DNA of 33,141 bases, taken from NCBI GenBank assembly GCA_030628225.1, contig DAOVRJ010000002.1:1-33141 (forward strand), in the 5' to 3' direction. The DNA is from Candidatus Zixiibacteriota bacterium. Lineage in GTDB: Bacteria > SM23-81. Both the position numbers and the translations under genes were made by a program. Within the stretch, counting starts at the first letter, position 1. Each line of letters begins with the position of its first letter. The notes under the pieces were generated by a model. It saw only the letters and a program-made list of their open reading frames with translations, did not search any database and was not told the origin of the DNA. Below, in pieces: positions 25,232 through 33,141 of this stretch.

Positions 25232-26332
25232 CTACTCCTCCTCACCCTGTAATTCCTCGGCTTTCTTAAAAGCCTCCTCGCCCTCGGTCTTCATGCCCTT
25301 TTTGATGTAGATGATCCCTAATTGGTACCAAGCGTCACCATTGTCAGGTTCAAGCTCGATGGCCTTCTCCAGGCTGGGCTGAGCTCCATCGAGATCGTCC
25401 AGGGCCACCTGAGCAATGGCCAGATTAAACCAGCCGTCTATATCCTCTGGGTCCAGCTCAGTCACCTTCTGGAACAGGGGAGCCGCTTCCTCAAAATCCC
25501 TGATCTCCTGGGCATAGAGAACACCCAGGTTATAGAAAAAGTCCTTGTCCTCGGGATAAGCCTCCATGGCCTGCTGATACACGGCGATAGCCTGGTCCAG
25601 AATAGACTTAATCTCCTCCTCGGCCGGCGTCGAATCCTCCCCGCTATCGGCAGCCACAAGATCGGCTCGCCGGGCCCGGGCCAGGCTTTCCAGCGAACGA
25701 GCCCGCAGCGAGAGGGCGCTCTTGTTCTCCGGCTCCAGTTCCAGCGCACCCCCGAAAAGGTCGGCGGCTCTCTGGACCTCTCCTCTATTAAGCAGGATCA
25801 CCCCGGAGTTAATCCTGGCAGACACGTTTTCAGGTTGAAGTTCCAGGACTTTTTCGTAGGCCTCCAGCGCCTGGTCAAGACTGTCCATATTCGTGTAGGC
25901 ATAGCCTAAATTGTTGAAGCCATCCGCCTGCCGATCATCGATGACAGTGGCCGTTTTGAACTCCAACAGCGCCTTGGCAAAATCCCCGTCCTTCCCGGCT
26001 CCAACCCCACGATTGAAGGCCATGACCCATTTTTCCTGACGGATATTCTCGATGTCCGTCTTCCACTTCGCACTTATCTCCAGAGATTTCTCAAACTCCC
26101 TCACCATAGCCTCGTACATTCCCTTTTCCCCGTAAGCTCTTCCCAACAAGAAGCGCGCCTCAGCGTTCCGGGGCTCCCGTTGTACCGCTAACTCCAACTG
26201 TTGCTGAGCGTTGTCCCAGTCCTGCTGCTGAATATATACCTTGGCTCCGGTTAAAGCCGGGTTCTGGCAGCCAGCCCACAGGGCAACACCGGCCAACAGG
26301 ATCAAAGAAAAAGCCAATCTGAATCTCCTCAT
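25232..26332 (-). CDS. TPR repeat lipoprotein
   Basis: It has a lipoprotein-type signal (MRRFRLAFSLILLAGVALWAGC) followed by multiple TPR units. GGAGG lies about 7 nt before the ATG. Confidence 0.8.
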   Translation of the reverse strand: MRRFRLAFSLILLAGVALWAGCQNPALTGAKVYIQQQDWDNAQQQLELAVQREPRNAEARFLLGRAYGEKGMYEAMVREFEKSLEISAKWKTDIENIRQEKWVMAFNRGVGAGKDGDFAKALLEFKTATVIDDRQADGFNNLGYAYTNMDSLDQALEAYEKVLELQPENVSARINSGVILLNRGEVQRAADLFGGALELEPENKSALSLRARSLESLARARRADLVAADSGEDSTPAEEEIKSILDQAIAVYQQAMEAYPEDKDFFYNLGVLYAQEIRDFEEAAPLFQKVTELDPEDIDGWFNLAIAQVALDDLDGAQPSLEKAIELEPDNGDAWYQLGIIYIKKGMKTEGEEAFKKAEELQGEEE

Positions 26333-26380
26333 TTTCTCCCCTCCTGAAGAAAAAAAACAAGGGTCCTCTGCTCACCAGTC

Positions 26381-27736
26381 TTACCAGCGGAAACGAACGG
26401 AGTACTTTAAAACCGTCTCACCGTCTCCGGGCACGAGCAGGGGAAACTCAACGGTTCGCGAATCTTTTTTACGGTGGTCATGGGTGAATGAGGTGATCTT
26501 CCAATCACCCCATAGCCCTTCCACGACCACCACCTCTACAGACTCCTCCTTATGATTGCGCAATTTCAGCTCATACGTCTCCTCCCTAGAACGGTCGGTG
26601 ATCTTCCTGTACTCCACCTGCTTTCTCTCTCCCACTATGTCGAAGGCGTTGCCCAAAAAGACTCGCACTTTCTCGTCTTTAGGAGTGTGATCGATGAGGT
26701 CCTCGCCGACGAACTGAAGGCTCTGATCCTCATCCTTTTTGTAAACGCGCAGTTTGCCCTGGGGCAACGGTATGCCCAACCCATTTTGTTTGTTGTTCTT
26801 GAACTCCAAATTGATCCGCACCTTGCTTCCGTCCTGAACCCCGTTATAGGTGAGAATCTTCTTGACCCGCACATCTGCATTGGGAAACAGTGTAAGCTGC
26901 TTGATCTGATTGTCTTTGACCGTGGCTGGCCGGTTCAGAGTGTACATGTGGTACTCGAAAAAGGCCTTCTCCTCAAACTGGGGCACGCCCTTGCCGGCGA
27001 CATCCATCGCCAAACCTCTCCCTTCGGGAAATCTGGGAGCAGCCCTCACCCGGTGAACCTCTCCAGCCACCAGCTTCAATTTGGCATCGCGATAGGTCGC
27101 CCCCGATCGGTTGTCCAGAGAGACCCACCCCCCCAACTCCAACCTGGTGTCGTCTTCATTAATCGCTGCCACATACTCGGCGTGCCAGTTGACCCCATCG
27201 GTGAGATAGCTCACCTCGGTTTCGTGCTTGCCGGACCGCTGGCTATCCAGCAGCCATACCAATGTGGGACGGGTGATCAGACCCTCGGGCAGTTGCGGAA
27301 ACTCCAAAACCTGAACCTCTTTGGCCTTGATAATTTTAATCTGGCCAGAGCTGTCCTGGATAATCAGATCATCGGCGGCGCTGAGCAGAGTCCCCTCATA
27401 GAACCGTTCCTCTTTGGCCAGAAGTCTGATCTGCCTGTCCAGGTACTTCTGGAGGAGCTTGCCAGAGCTGACCAGATCGTACTCGTAGTTCTGCTCCAAA
27501 ATAAGCACCTGATCAGGTGCGGTCAGAGATTTGAAGCGCACAGAGGTGGGGTCAATCCTGGCGGCCACATCCTTGAACCGAACCGTTTCCGTACCTTTGG
27601 AGAGCTCGATGCTCCGCACCTCCCGAACCAGGGCAAAGTCCTGGTTGTAAACTGTCAGGGCCACCTCATCGGCCCAGGCCAACCCTATGGACAAAATAAG
27701 GGTCAGGCCACCGAGGACCATCACGAGTCCCTTCAC
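26381..27736 (-). CDS. DUF4139 domain protein (DUF4140/DUF4139, MuiA-like), exported
   Basis: The pattern matches the DUF4140 N-terminus (ALTVYNQDFALVREVRSIELSKGTETVRFKDVAARIDPTSVRF) and a long DUF4139 body. GTG 27736 has GAGGAGG 5 nt upstream and yields a clean signal peptide (MKGLVMVLGGLTLILSIGLAWA/DE). The alternative ATG 27757 has no SD. Confidence 0.7.
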   Translation of the reverse strand: MKGLVMVLGGLTLILSIGLAWADEVALTVYNQDFALVREVRSIELSKGTETVRFKDVAARIDPTSVRFKSLTAPDQVLILEQNYEYDLVSSGKLLQKYLDRQIRLLAKEERFYEGTLLSAADDLIIQDSSGQIKIIKAKEVQVLEFPQLPEGLITRPTLVWLLDSQRSGKHETEVSYLTDGVNWHAEYVAAINEDDTRLELGGWVSLDNRSGATYRDAKLKLVAGEVHRVRAAPRFPEGRGLAMDVAGKGVPQFEEKAFFEYHMYTLNRPATVKDNQIKQLTLFPNADVRVKKILTYNGVQDGSKVRINLEFKNNKQNGLGIPLPQGKLRVYKKDEDQSLQFVGEDLIDHTPKDEKVRVFLGNAFDIVGERKQVEYRKITDRSREETYELKLRNHKEESVEVVVVEGLWGDWKITSFTHDHRKKDSRTVEFPLLVPGDGETVLKYSVRFRW

Positions 27737-27801
27737 GTCAACCTCCTCATGTTTCATAAAAGTGAGCGGACGAGCCTCGAAAGACAGATTAAAAAGGGGG
27801 G

Positions 27802-30453
27802 TTACTGGGCGATGAGCTTGAGGTTCTCCTGCAATTTCGCCAGCCTCTGATCCAGTTCCTCGCCCTTGGCCCGCTCCCGGCTCACCACCTCCCGGGGCGC
27901 CCTTCTCAGAAAATCTTCATTACTCAGTTTTTTGCTTATCCCAGCCAACAAACCGGAGATGCGCCCGATCTCCTTTTCCAGGCGCAGCCGCTCAGTATCC
28001 AGGTCGATCAACCCCTCCAGGGGCACGAAGACCTCCACACCCTTCACCACAACCGTGGCCGTGGCCTTGGGCCTTTCTACCTCTCGGTCCACCACCAACT
28101 CCTCGATCTTGGCCAGTTCTAGAAGATAAAGGTGGTTGGCCTTTAAGCGCTCCAAAACCCTTTCATCCTCGACTTTCAAAAGCACCCGTGCCCGACGGGA
28201 AGGCGGAATACCCATCTCGGCCCGGATGTTGCGCACCGCCCCAATTACATCTTGCAGATAACCAACCTCCTCTTCTGCCTGCGCATCCAGCTTAGCCCGA
28301 TCGTACCGGGGCCAGCTGGCCACCATCAGGCTCTGCCCCTCATGGGGCAGGTGCTGCCAGATTTCCTCGCTAATAAATGGCATAAAGGGGTGCAACAGCC
28401 TCAAGGCCCCGTCTAAAATAGCCGTGGTGACCCACAGCGCCGCCTCCCTGTCCGCTCTGTCCTCTAATCCGTACAGTCGGGGCTTGACCCACTCTAAATA
28501 CCAGTCGCAGTATGCATGCCAGAAGAAGTCGTATATCTGATGGGCTGCCTCGTTTAGACGATACTTCTCCAGGGATCTGGTCACCCCACTCACGGTTCTC
28601 TGAAAGGTGCTCATGATCCAGCGATCCACCAGGGTAAGCTGGATTTTCTCCGGGTCTACCTGGTTTTGGTCGAAGTCCTTCAGGTTCATCTGAACCAACC
28701 GCGATGCATTCCAGATTTTGTTGGAGAAATTCCGCCCGATAATCAGCTTATCCTCGGAAAAGTAGGCATCTTGCCCCTCAGCGGTGATCAGGATCATGCT
28801 CAGCCTAAGAGCGTCGGCCCCGAATTCCTCGATGATCTTCGTGGGATCCGGAGAATTGCCCAAAGACTTGCTCATCCAGCGGCCCTGCTCGTCCTTGACC
28901 ATCCCGTTGATGTACACGTGGGGGAAAGGAACCTCTCCCATGAACTCCATGCCCGCCATAACCATACGAGCCACCCAGAAAAATATGATGTCCGGTCCGG
29001 TGACCAAAACATCTGTGGGATAAAAAACCTTCAGCTCGGGAATCTCTTCCGGCCATCCCAGCGTGGAAAAAGGCCATAGCCATGAAGAGAACCAGGTGTC
29101 CAGGACATCCTCGTCCTGCCGGAGCTTGCTGCTCCCACATTTGGGGCACCTGGCCGGCTCTTCTTTGGCGGCGACAACCTCTCCACACTCCTCACAGTGC
29201 CAGATGGGAATCCGATGTCCCCACCAAATCTGGCGGGATATGCACCAATCGCGAATATTCTCGATCCAATTCAGGTAAACCTTGGTCCAGCGGCTGGGAT
29301 AGAACTTTATCTTTCCCTCCTGCACAACTCTTTTGGCCTGTTCGGCCAGCGGCTTCATCTTCACAAACCATTGATCGGAGAGATAGGGCTCGATGGCCGT
29401 GTGACAGCGGTAGCAATGACCCAGCGCATGCTGGTGGGACTCGACCTTGACCAGAAGATCTCGCTCCTTGAGATCGGCCAGAAGCCGCTCCCGACACTCG
29501 AACCGATCCATCCCCTGGTAATCCCCCGCGTTCTCGTTCATGGTGGCATCCGGGTTCATGATGTTGATCGATTCCAGACCGTGCCGCCGACCCATCTCAA
29601 AATCGTTTGGGTCATGGGCAGGCGTAACCTTGACGATGCCGGTCCCGAACTCGGGGTCGACGAAGTGGTCGGCGATGACCGGTATCTCCCGATTAAGGAT
29701 GGGCAAAATGATCTTTTGCTTCTGTAGCTCCAGATACCGCTTATCCTTGGGACTGACGGCCACGGCGGTGTCGCCCAGCATCGTCTCCGGACGGGTAGTG
29801 GCAACGGTGATGAAATCCCTGCTGTCCTTGATAGGATATTTGATGTACCAGAGGTTCCCACCCAGCTCCTGGTGCTCCACCTCTTCATCAGACAGGGCCG
29901 TGCGGCAGCGCGGACACCAATTGATGATGTACTTGCCGCGGTAGATAAGACCCTTCTGGTAAAGACGCACAAAAGTCTCCCGGACGGCCCGAGAGAGACC
30001 CTCGTCCATGGTAAATCGCTCGCGATCCCAGTCGCAGGAACAGCCCAGCTGCTGTAGCTGCTGGATGATCTTGCCCCCGTAGTTTCGCCTCCATTCCCAA
30101 ACCCGCTCCAAGAACTTCTCGCGGCCCAGGTTCTCCCGCTTCAACCCCTCTTTGGCCAGTCCCTTCTCCACCACATTCTGGGTGGCGATACCCGCATGAT
30201 CGGTGCCGGGCAACCAGAGGGCGTTGAACCCGTCCATCCGCTTCCATCGAATCAGAATGTCCTGAATAGTGTTGTTTAATACGTGACCCATGGTCAGAAT
30301 GCCGGTGACATTGGGCGGGGGAATCACGATGGTGTAGGATTTTTTAGATGAATCGACCGGGGCGTGGAACAGCCCATGCTTCATCCAGTAGCTATACCAC
30401 TTTCGCTCCACCCTATGGGGATCATAACGTTTATTCAGGATCGTCTCGGCCAA
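27802..30453 (-). CDS. valS: valine--tRNA ligase
   Basis: It has class I motifs (PPPNVTGILTMGH, WMSKSLGN), an editing domain and a C-terminal coiled coil. I place the start at TTG 30453 (MAETILNKRYDPHRVE...), with GAGAGG 6 nt upstream. The ORF-track TTG at 30552 is the first half of a TTGACA -35 box. Confidence 0.93.
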   Translation of the reverse strand: MAETILNKRYDPHRVERKWYSYWMKHGLFHAPVDSSKKSYTIVIPPPNVTGILTMGHVLNNTIQDILIRWKRMDGFNALWLPGTDHAGIATQNVVEKGLAKEGLKRENLGREKFLERVWEWRRNYGGKIIQQLQQLGCSCDWDRERFTMDEGLSRAVRETFVRLYQKGLIYRGKYIINWCPRCRTALSDEEVEHQELGGNLWYIKYPIKDSRDFITVATTRPETMLGDTAVAVSPKDKRYLELQKQKIILPILNREIPVIADHFVDPEFGTGIVKVTPAHDPNDFEMGRRHGLESINIMNPDATMNENAGDYQGMDRFECRERLLADLKERDLLVKVESHQHALGHCYRCHTAIEPYLSDQWFVKMKPLAEQAKRVVQEGKIKFYPSRWTKVYLNWIENIRDWCISRQIWWGHRIPIWHCEECGEVVAAKEEPARCPKCGSSKLRQDEDVLDTWFSSWLWPFSTLGWPEEIPELKVFYPTDVLVTGPDIIFFWVARMVMAGMEFMGEVPFPHVYINGMVKDEQGRWMSKSLGNSPDPTKIIEEFGADALRLSMILITAEGQDAYFSEDKLIIGRNFSNKIWNASRLVQMNLKDFDQNQVDPEKIQLTLVDRWIMSTFQRTVSGVTRSLEKYRLNEAAHQIYDFFWHAYCDWYLEWVKPRLYGLEDRADREAALWVTTAILDGALRLLHPFMPFISEEIWQHLPHEGQSLMVASWPRYDRAKLDAQAEEEVGYLQDVIGAVRNIRAEMGIPPSRRARVLLKVEDERVLERLKANHLYLLELAKIEELVVDREVERPKATATVVVKGVEVFVPLEGLIDLDTERLRLEKEIGRISGLLAGISKKLSNEDFLRRAPREVVSRERAKGEELDQRLAKLQENLKLIAQ

Positions 30454-30523
30454 TCTCAACCTCTCTTTCAGGCCTGGCAGAAAACCGGGGCGCAAAGTGA
30501 GCTCACCCGTCGAGAAGCTAACA

Positions 30524-30552
30524 ATAATAACAAAAATAAATCCCTCTGTCAA
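30524..30552 (-). promoter_or_regulatory. sigma-70-type promoter for valS
   Basis: On the minus strand: TTGACA (30552-30547), exactly 17 nt of spacer, then TATTAT (30529-30524), about 70 nt upstream of the proposed TTG start. Confidence 0.55.
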
Positions 30553-30603
30553 CCCGTTTGTTAAGGCGCTAAAAAAAACTCTCCTGAGCTCCTGGGGGCA
30601 AGG

Positions 30604-31221
30604 TCAGTTCTCTCCACAAGTCCCTTCTTCTTTTAGGCTTTTCCAGATCTGGGCAGCTCGCTCCCGGAGGAGAGAAAGGGGTACGTCGTTAACGATGAGG
30701 TGATCGGCCAATTTGGATTTATCCGGCGAGGGAAGCTGGGCAGCCATGCGATCCCGGACCTCCCCGGCGGAGAGACCCGTATGCTCCATCAACCGCTGGC
30801 GCCTGAGGTGCTCAGGAGCCTCCACCACCACCAGTTTATCCACCAGCCCGAGGACTCGACATTCCACCAGCAAGGCGGCATCCACCACCACAATCCCCCG
30901 ATAGTCCGATTGGCGCAACTGAGCTAATAGGCCCTTCAGCCGAGCCAGGATGGGAGGGTGGAGAATCCCGTTAAGACGCTCGCCACCCCGACGATCCCGG
31001 AAAGCCAGTCTGCCTAGTTCCCGACGGTTCAGGGAGCCGTCGGCCTGCAGAATTCCCGAACCGAAGGCCCCTGCCAGATCCTGAAGAATCCGGGGGTCCT
31101 TCTCCAACACCTCCCTGGCAATCTGGTCGGCATCGATAAGCAGAGCTCCCCACTGGGCGAACATCCTGCTGACAGTGCTTTTTCCGGCGCCAATGCCGCC
31201 GGTAACACCAACAACCAGCAT
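30604..31221 (-). CDS. coaE: dephospho-CoA kinase
   Basis: MLVVGVTGGIGAGKSTV (P-loop), a length of about 200 aa, and the common polA-coaE arrangement with a 15-nt gap. Confidence 0.9.
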   Translation of the reverse strand: MLVVGVTGGIGAGKSTVSRMFAQWGALLIDADQIAREVLEKDPRILQDLAGAFGSGILQADGSLNRRELGRLAFRDRRGGERLNGILHPPILARLKGLLAQLRQSDYRGIVVVDAALLVECRVLGLVDKLVVVEAPEHLRRQRLMEHTGLSAGEVRDRMAAQLPSPDKSKLADHLIVNDVPLSLLRERAAQIWKSLKEEGTCGEN

Positions 31222-31236
31222 GGCCTAATCCCGTTC

Positions 31237-33141
31237 TCAGTGCGCCTCGTACCAGTTCTTCCCCACCCCAATGTCCACCTTGATGGGCACCTTCAAGCTC
31301 AGAGCATTCTCCATCTTGGAGCGGATCATCTCGCTCACCTGGTTCAACTCCTCCTTGGGGATCTCGAAAACCAGCTCGTCGTGGATCTGGATGATCATCT
31401 TGGCCTGCCAACCTCTTCCCCTCAACTCCCGGTCAATCTCAATCATGGCCACCTTGATCAAATCAGCAGCGGTGCCCTGGATGGGCGTGTTGACGGCCGT
31501 GCGCTTGGCAAAGGCTACCATGGAGCTCCGGTCGCTGTTCAGCTCGGGCAAATATCTTCTGCGGTTAAGCAATGTAGTCACGTACCCCTTCTTCTGAGCC
31601 TGCTGGATGGTACCCTCTACATACTCCTTGACTCCGGGGTAGAGCTTAAAGTAGTCCTCGATGAACCGACCGGCCTCCTGAGCGGTGATCTCCAGCTGCC
31701 GGGCTAAGCCGTAAGGGCTCATCCCGTACATGATCCCAAAATTGACCACCTTGGCCTGACGACGGAGCTCAGGGGTCACATCCTGCTCACAAACCCCGAA
31801 GACCAATGCGGCCGTGCGGGTATGCACGTCTTCATCTCGACGAAAAGACTTCAGCAAGGTAGGATCCTGAGAGAGATGGGCCATGATGCGCAGCTCTATC
31901 TGGGAGTAATCGGCGGAGAGAATATGGTGATTCTCGTCGGGTGCGATGAAAGCCTGACGGATTTTCTTGCTGAATTCGGTGCGCACGGGAATATTCTGCA
32001 GGTTGGGCCCACTGCTGGACAGCCGGCCAGTGGCCGTCACGGTCTGGTTAAAAGATGTGTGGATACGCCCTGTTCGGGGGTTTACCATACGCGGCAGGGC
32101 ATCCACATAGGTGGATTTCAGCTTCATCAGCTGGCGGTAATCCAGAAGCTTCCGGGGCAGAGCATGCTCTCGAACCAGCTCCTCCAAAACCTCCTCTTTT
32201 GTGGAATATCCGGTCTTGGTCCGCTGGATGATGGGCAGATTCAGCTTCTGGAACAGAATTACGCCTAATTGTTTGGGTGAGTTAATATTGAATTGTTCAC
32301 CAGCCAGATCATAAATCTGTTCTATCAACCCGTTCAGTTCCTCCTCCAATTCCTGGGACATCTCCCGCAGGAAATCCACGTCCAGGCAGACCCCATTCAT
32401 CTCCATCCGGGCCAGAACCTCTACCAGGGGCATCTCCACCCGGGAAAAAAGATCCAATACACCCTGCTCCTCCAGCTTCTCCTGCAAGATGTTCCATAAT
32501 CTCCAGGTGAAGTCGGCATCCTCACAGGCATACCTGCAGGCTAAATTGACCGGGACCAGGGCGAAGCTTTTCTGCGCCTTTCCCTTGCCGATAAGCTGCT
32601 GCAAAGGAATCTTCTTGTGGCCCAGATGTTCCAGGCTGAGCAGATCAAGGTTATGCCTACGAGCCGAGGGATTGAGCAGGTAGGAGGCCACCATGGTATC
32701 GAATTCGATGCCACACAGGGGACAGTCGTACCGAGCCAGGACAGTGAAGTCGTACTTGATGTTCTGACCACATTTCTTGGCCTCTCCATCGGCCAGAATA
32801 GGTCTCAGTCCGTCCAGAACCAGCTTCAGATCCAAGTTAGGCCCCTGGTGATGGCCCACAGGAATGTAGTAAGCCTGGCGGGGTGCAGCGCAGAAGGATA
32901 ACCCCACCAACTCCGCCCTCATGGGATCAACTGAAGTGGTCTCCAGATCCAGAACAAAGGAACCGGCCTTCCTCAAACTATCCAGCAGGCGGGAGAGATC
33001 CTTCCGGGTTGAGACCAGCGAGTAAATCACTTCCTCCTCGTCATCCTCCACCGAGATCTCTCTCATCAGGCTGGTGAACTCCAGCTCCCGGAATAGCTCG
33101 AGCAATCTCCGGCCGTTAAACTCCCGCAACCGGAGATCCTC
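31237..33141 (-). CDS. polA: DNA polymerase I, 3'-5' exonuclease and polymerase domains (5' end off the window)
   Basis: It carries family A polymerase motifs (DYSQIELRI, RRQAKVVNFGIMYG, QIHDELVFE). The frame stays open to base 33141 (EDLRLREFNG...), so the 5'-nuclease domain lies beyond the window. Confidence 0.95.
   Translation of the reverse strand, partial: EDLRLREFNGRRLLELFRELEFTSLMREISVEDDEEEVIYSLVSTRKDLSRLLDSLRKAGSFVLDLETTSVDPMRAELVGLSFCAAPRQAYYIPVGHHQGPNLDLKLVLDGLRPILADGEAKKCGQNIKYDFTVLARYDCPLCGIEFDTMVASYLLNPSARRHNLDLLSLEHLGHKKIPLQQLIGKGKAQKSFALVPVNLACRYACEDADFTWRLWNILQEKLEEQGVLDLFSRVEMPLVEVLARMEMNGVCLDVDFLREMSQELEEELNGLIEQIYDLAGEQFNINSPKQLGVILFQKLNLPIIQRTKTGYSTKEEVLEELVREHALPRKLLDYRQLMKLKSTYVDALPRMVNPRTGRIHTSFNQTVTATGRLSSSGPNLQNIPVRTEFSKKIRQAFIAPDENHHILSADYSQIELRIMAHLSQDPTLLKSFRRDEDVHTRTAALVFGVCEQDVTPELRRQAKVVNFGIMYGMSPYGLARQLEITAQEAGRFIEDYFKLYPGVKEYVEGTIQQAQKKGYVTTLLNRRRYLPELNSDRSSMVAFAKRTAVNTPIQGTAADLIKVAMIEIDRELRGRGWQAKMIIQIHDELVFEIPKEELNQVSEMIRSKMENALSLKVPIKVDIGVGKNWYEAH

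Noticed and set aside
30454-30552. A 33-codon N-terminal extension of valS (MTEGFIFVIIVSFSTGELTLRPGFLPGLKERLRL).
   Set aside because: The supposed TTG start is the first three bases of a TTGACA -35 box paired with TATTAT 17 nt downstream. The ValS homology (L.KRYDP..VE.KWY) begins right after the TTG at 30453, which has its own SD.
30553-30603. A T8 run (minus strand, 30571-30578) after coaE might be a terminator.
   Set aside because: The preceding sequence CAGGAGCTCAGGAGAG is a direct repeat, not an inverted one. I could find no stable stem.

Overview
This is a moderately GC-rich chromosomal segment from a diderm bacterium. It is densely packed with housekeeping and cell-envelope genes, 22 of 25 on the minus strand. 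I see no rRNA, tRNA, CRISPR array, transposase, integrase or recognisable defence module.

Gene content, left to right:
- a 5'-truncated hypothetical ORF
- a GH57 alpha-glucan branching enzyme
- a bifunctional Rel/SpoT (p)ppGpp enzyme
- an LPS-core / O-antigen cluster: O-antigen ligase family protein, three GT4 glycosyltransferases, an inverted GT2-like gene, a GT9 heptosyltransferase-like gene, an MsbA-like ABC exporter and a WaaE/KdtX-like GT2
- a LolB-like DUF4292 lipoprotein and a TPR protein
- ComEC, DUF523 and an M23 peptidase
- a short (about 285 aa) RpoD of the type seen in the Fibrobacteres-Chlorobi-Bacteroidetes (FCB) group
- HtrA/DegP and the tdh-kbl threonine-to-glycine pathway
- a TPR lipoprotein plus a DUF4139 protein
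- ValS, CoaE and the 3' two-thirds of PolA

Lineage guess (inference only): an uncultured member of, or neighbour to, the FCB superphylum. Unlike Bacteroidetes proper, it uses strong GGAGG Shine-Dalgarno (SD) sites and canonical promoters.

I did not find a convincing novel multi-gene system. The points most worth a second look are:
1. An otherwise intact GT4 gene is interrupted by one in-frame TGA, exactly at the conserved glycine of its EX7E motif.
2. Two paralogous GT4 genes appear to start at CTG, 8 nt after a perfect GGAGG.
3. A roughly 240-nt structured leader with a terminator-like hairpin sits between a strong promoter and tdh-kbl, making it a candidate riboswitch or attenuator.
4. A sharp TTGAC(A)-N17-TAnnnT promoter signature recurs at six intergenic sites.
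5. A terminator hairpin has a promoter embedded in it.

All coordinates and motifs were read by eye from the sequence. No searches were run.
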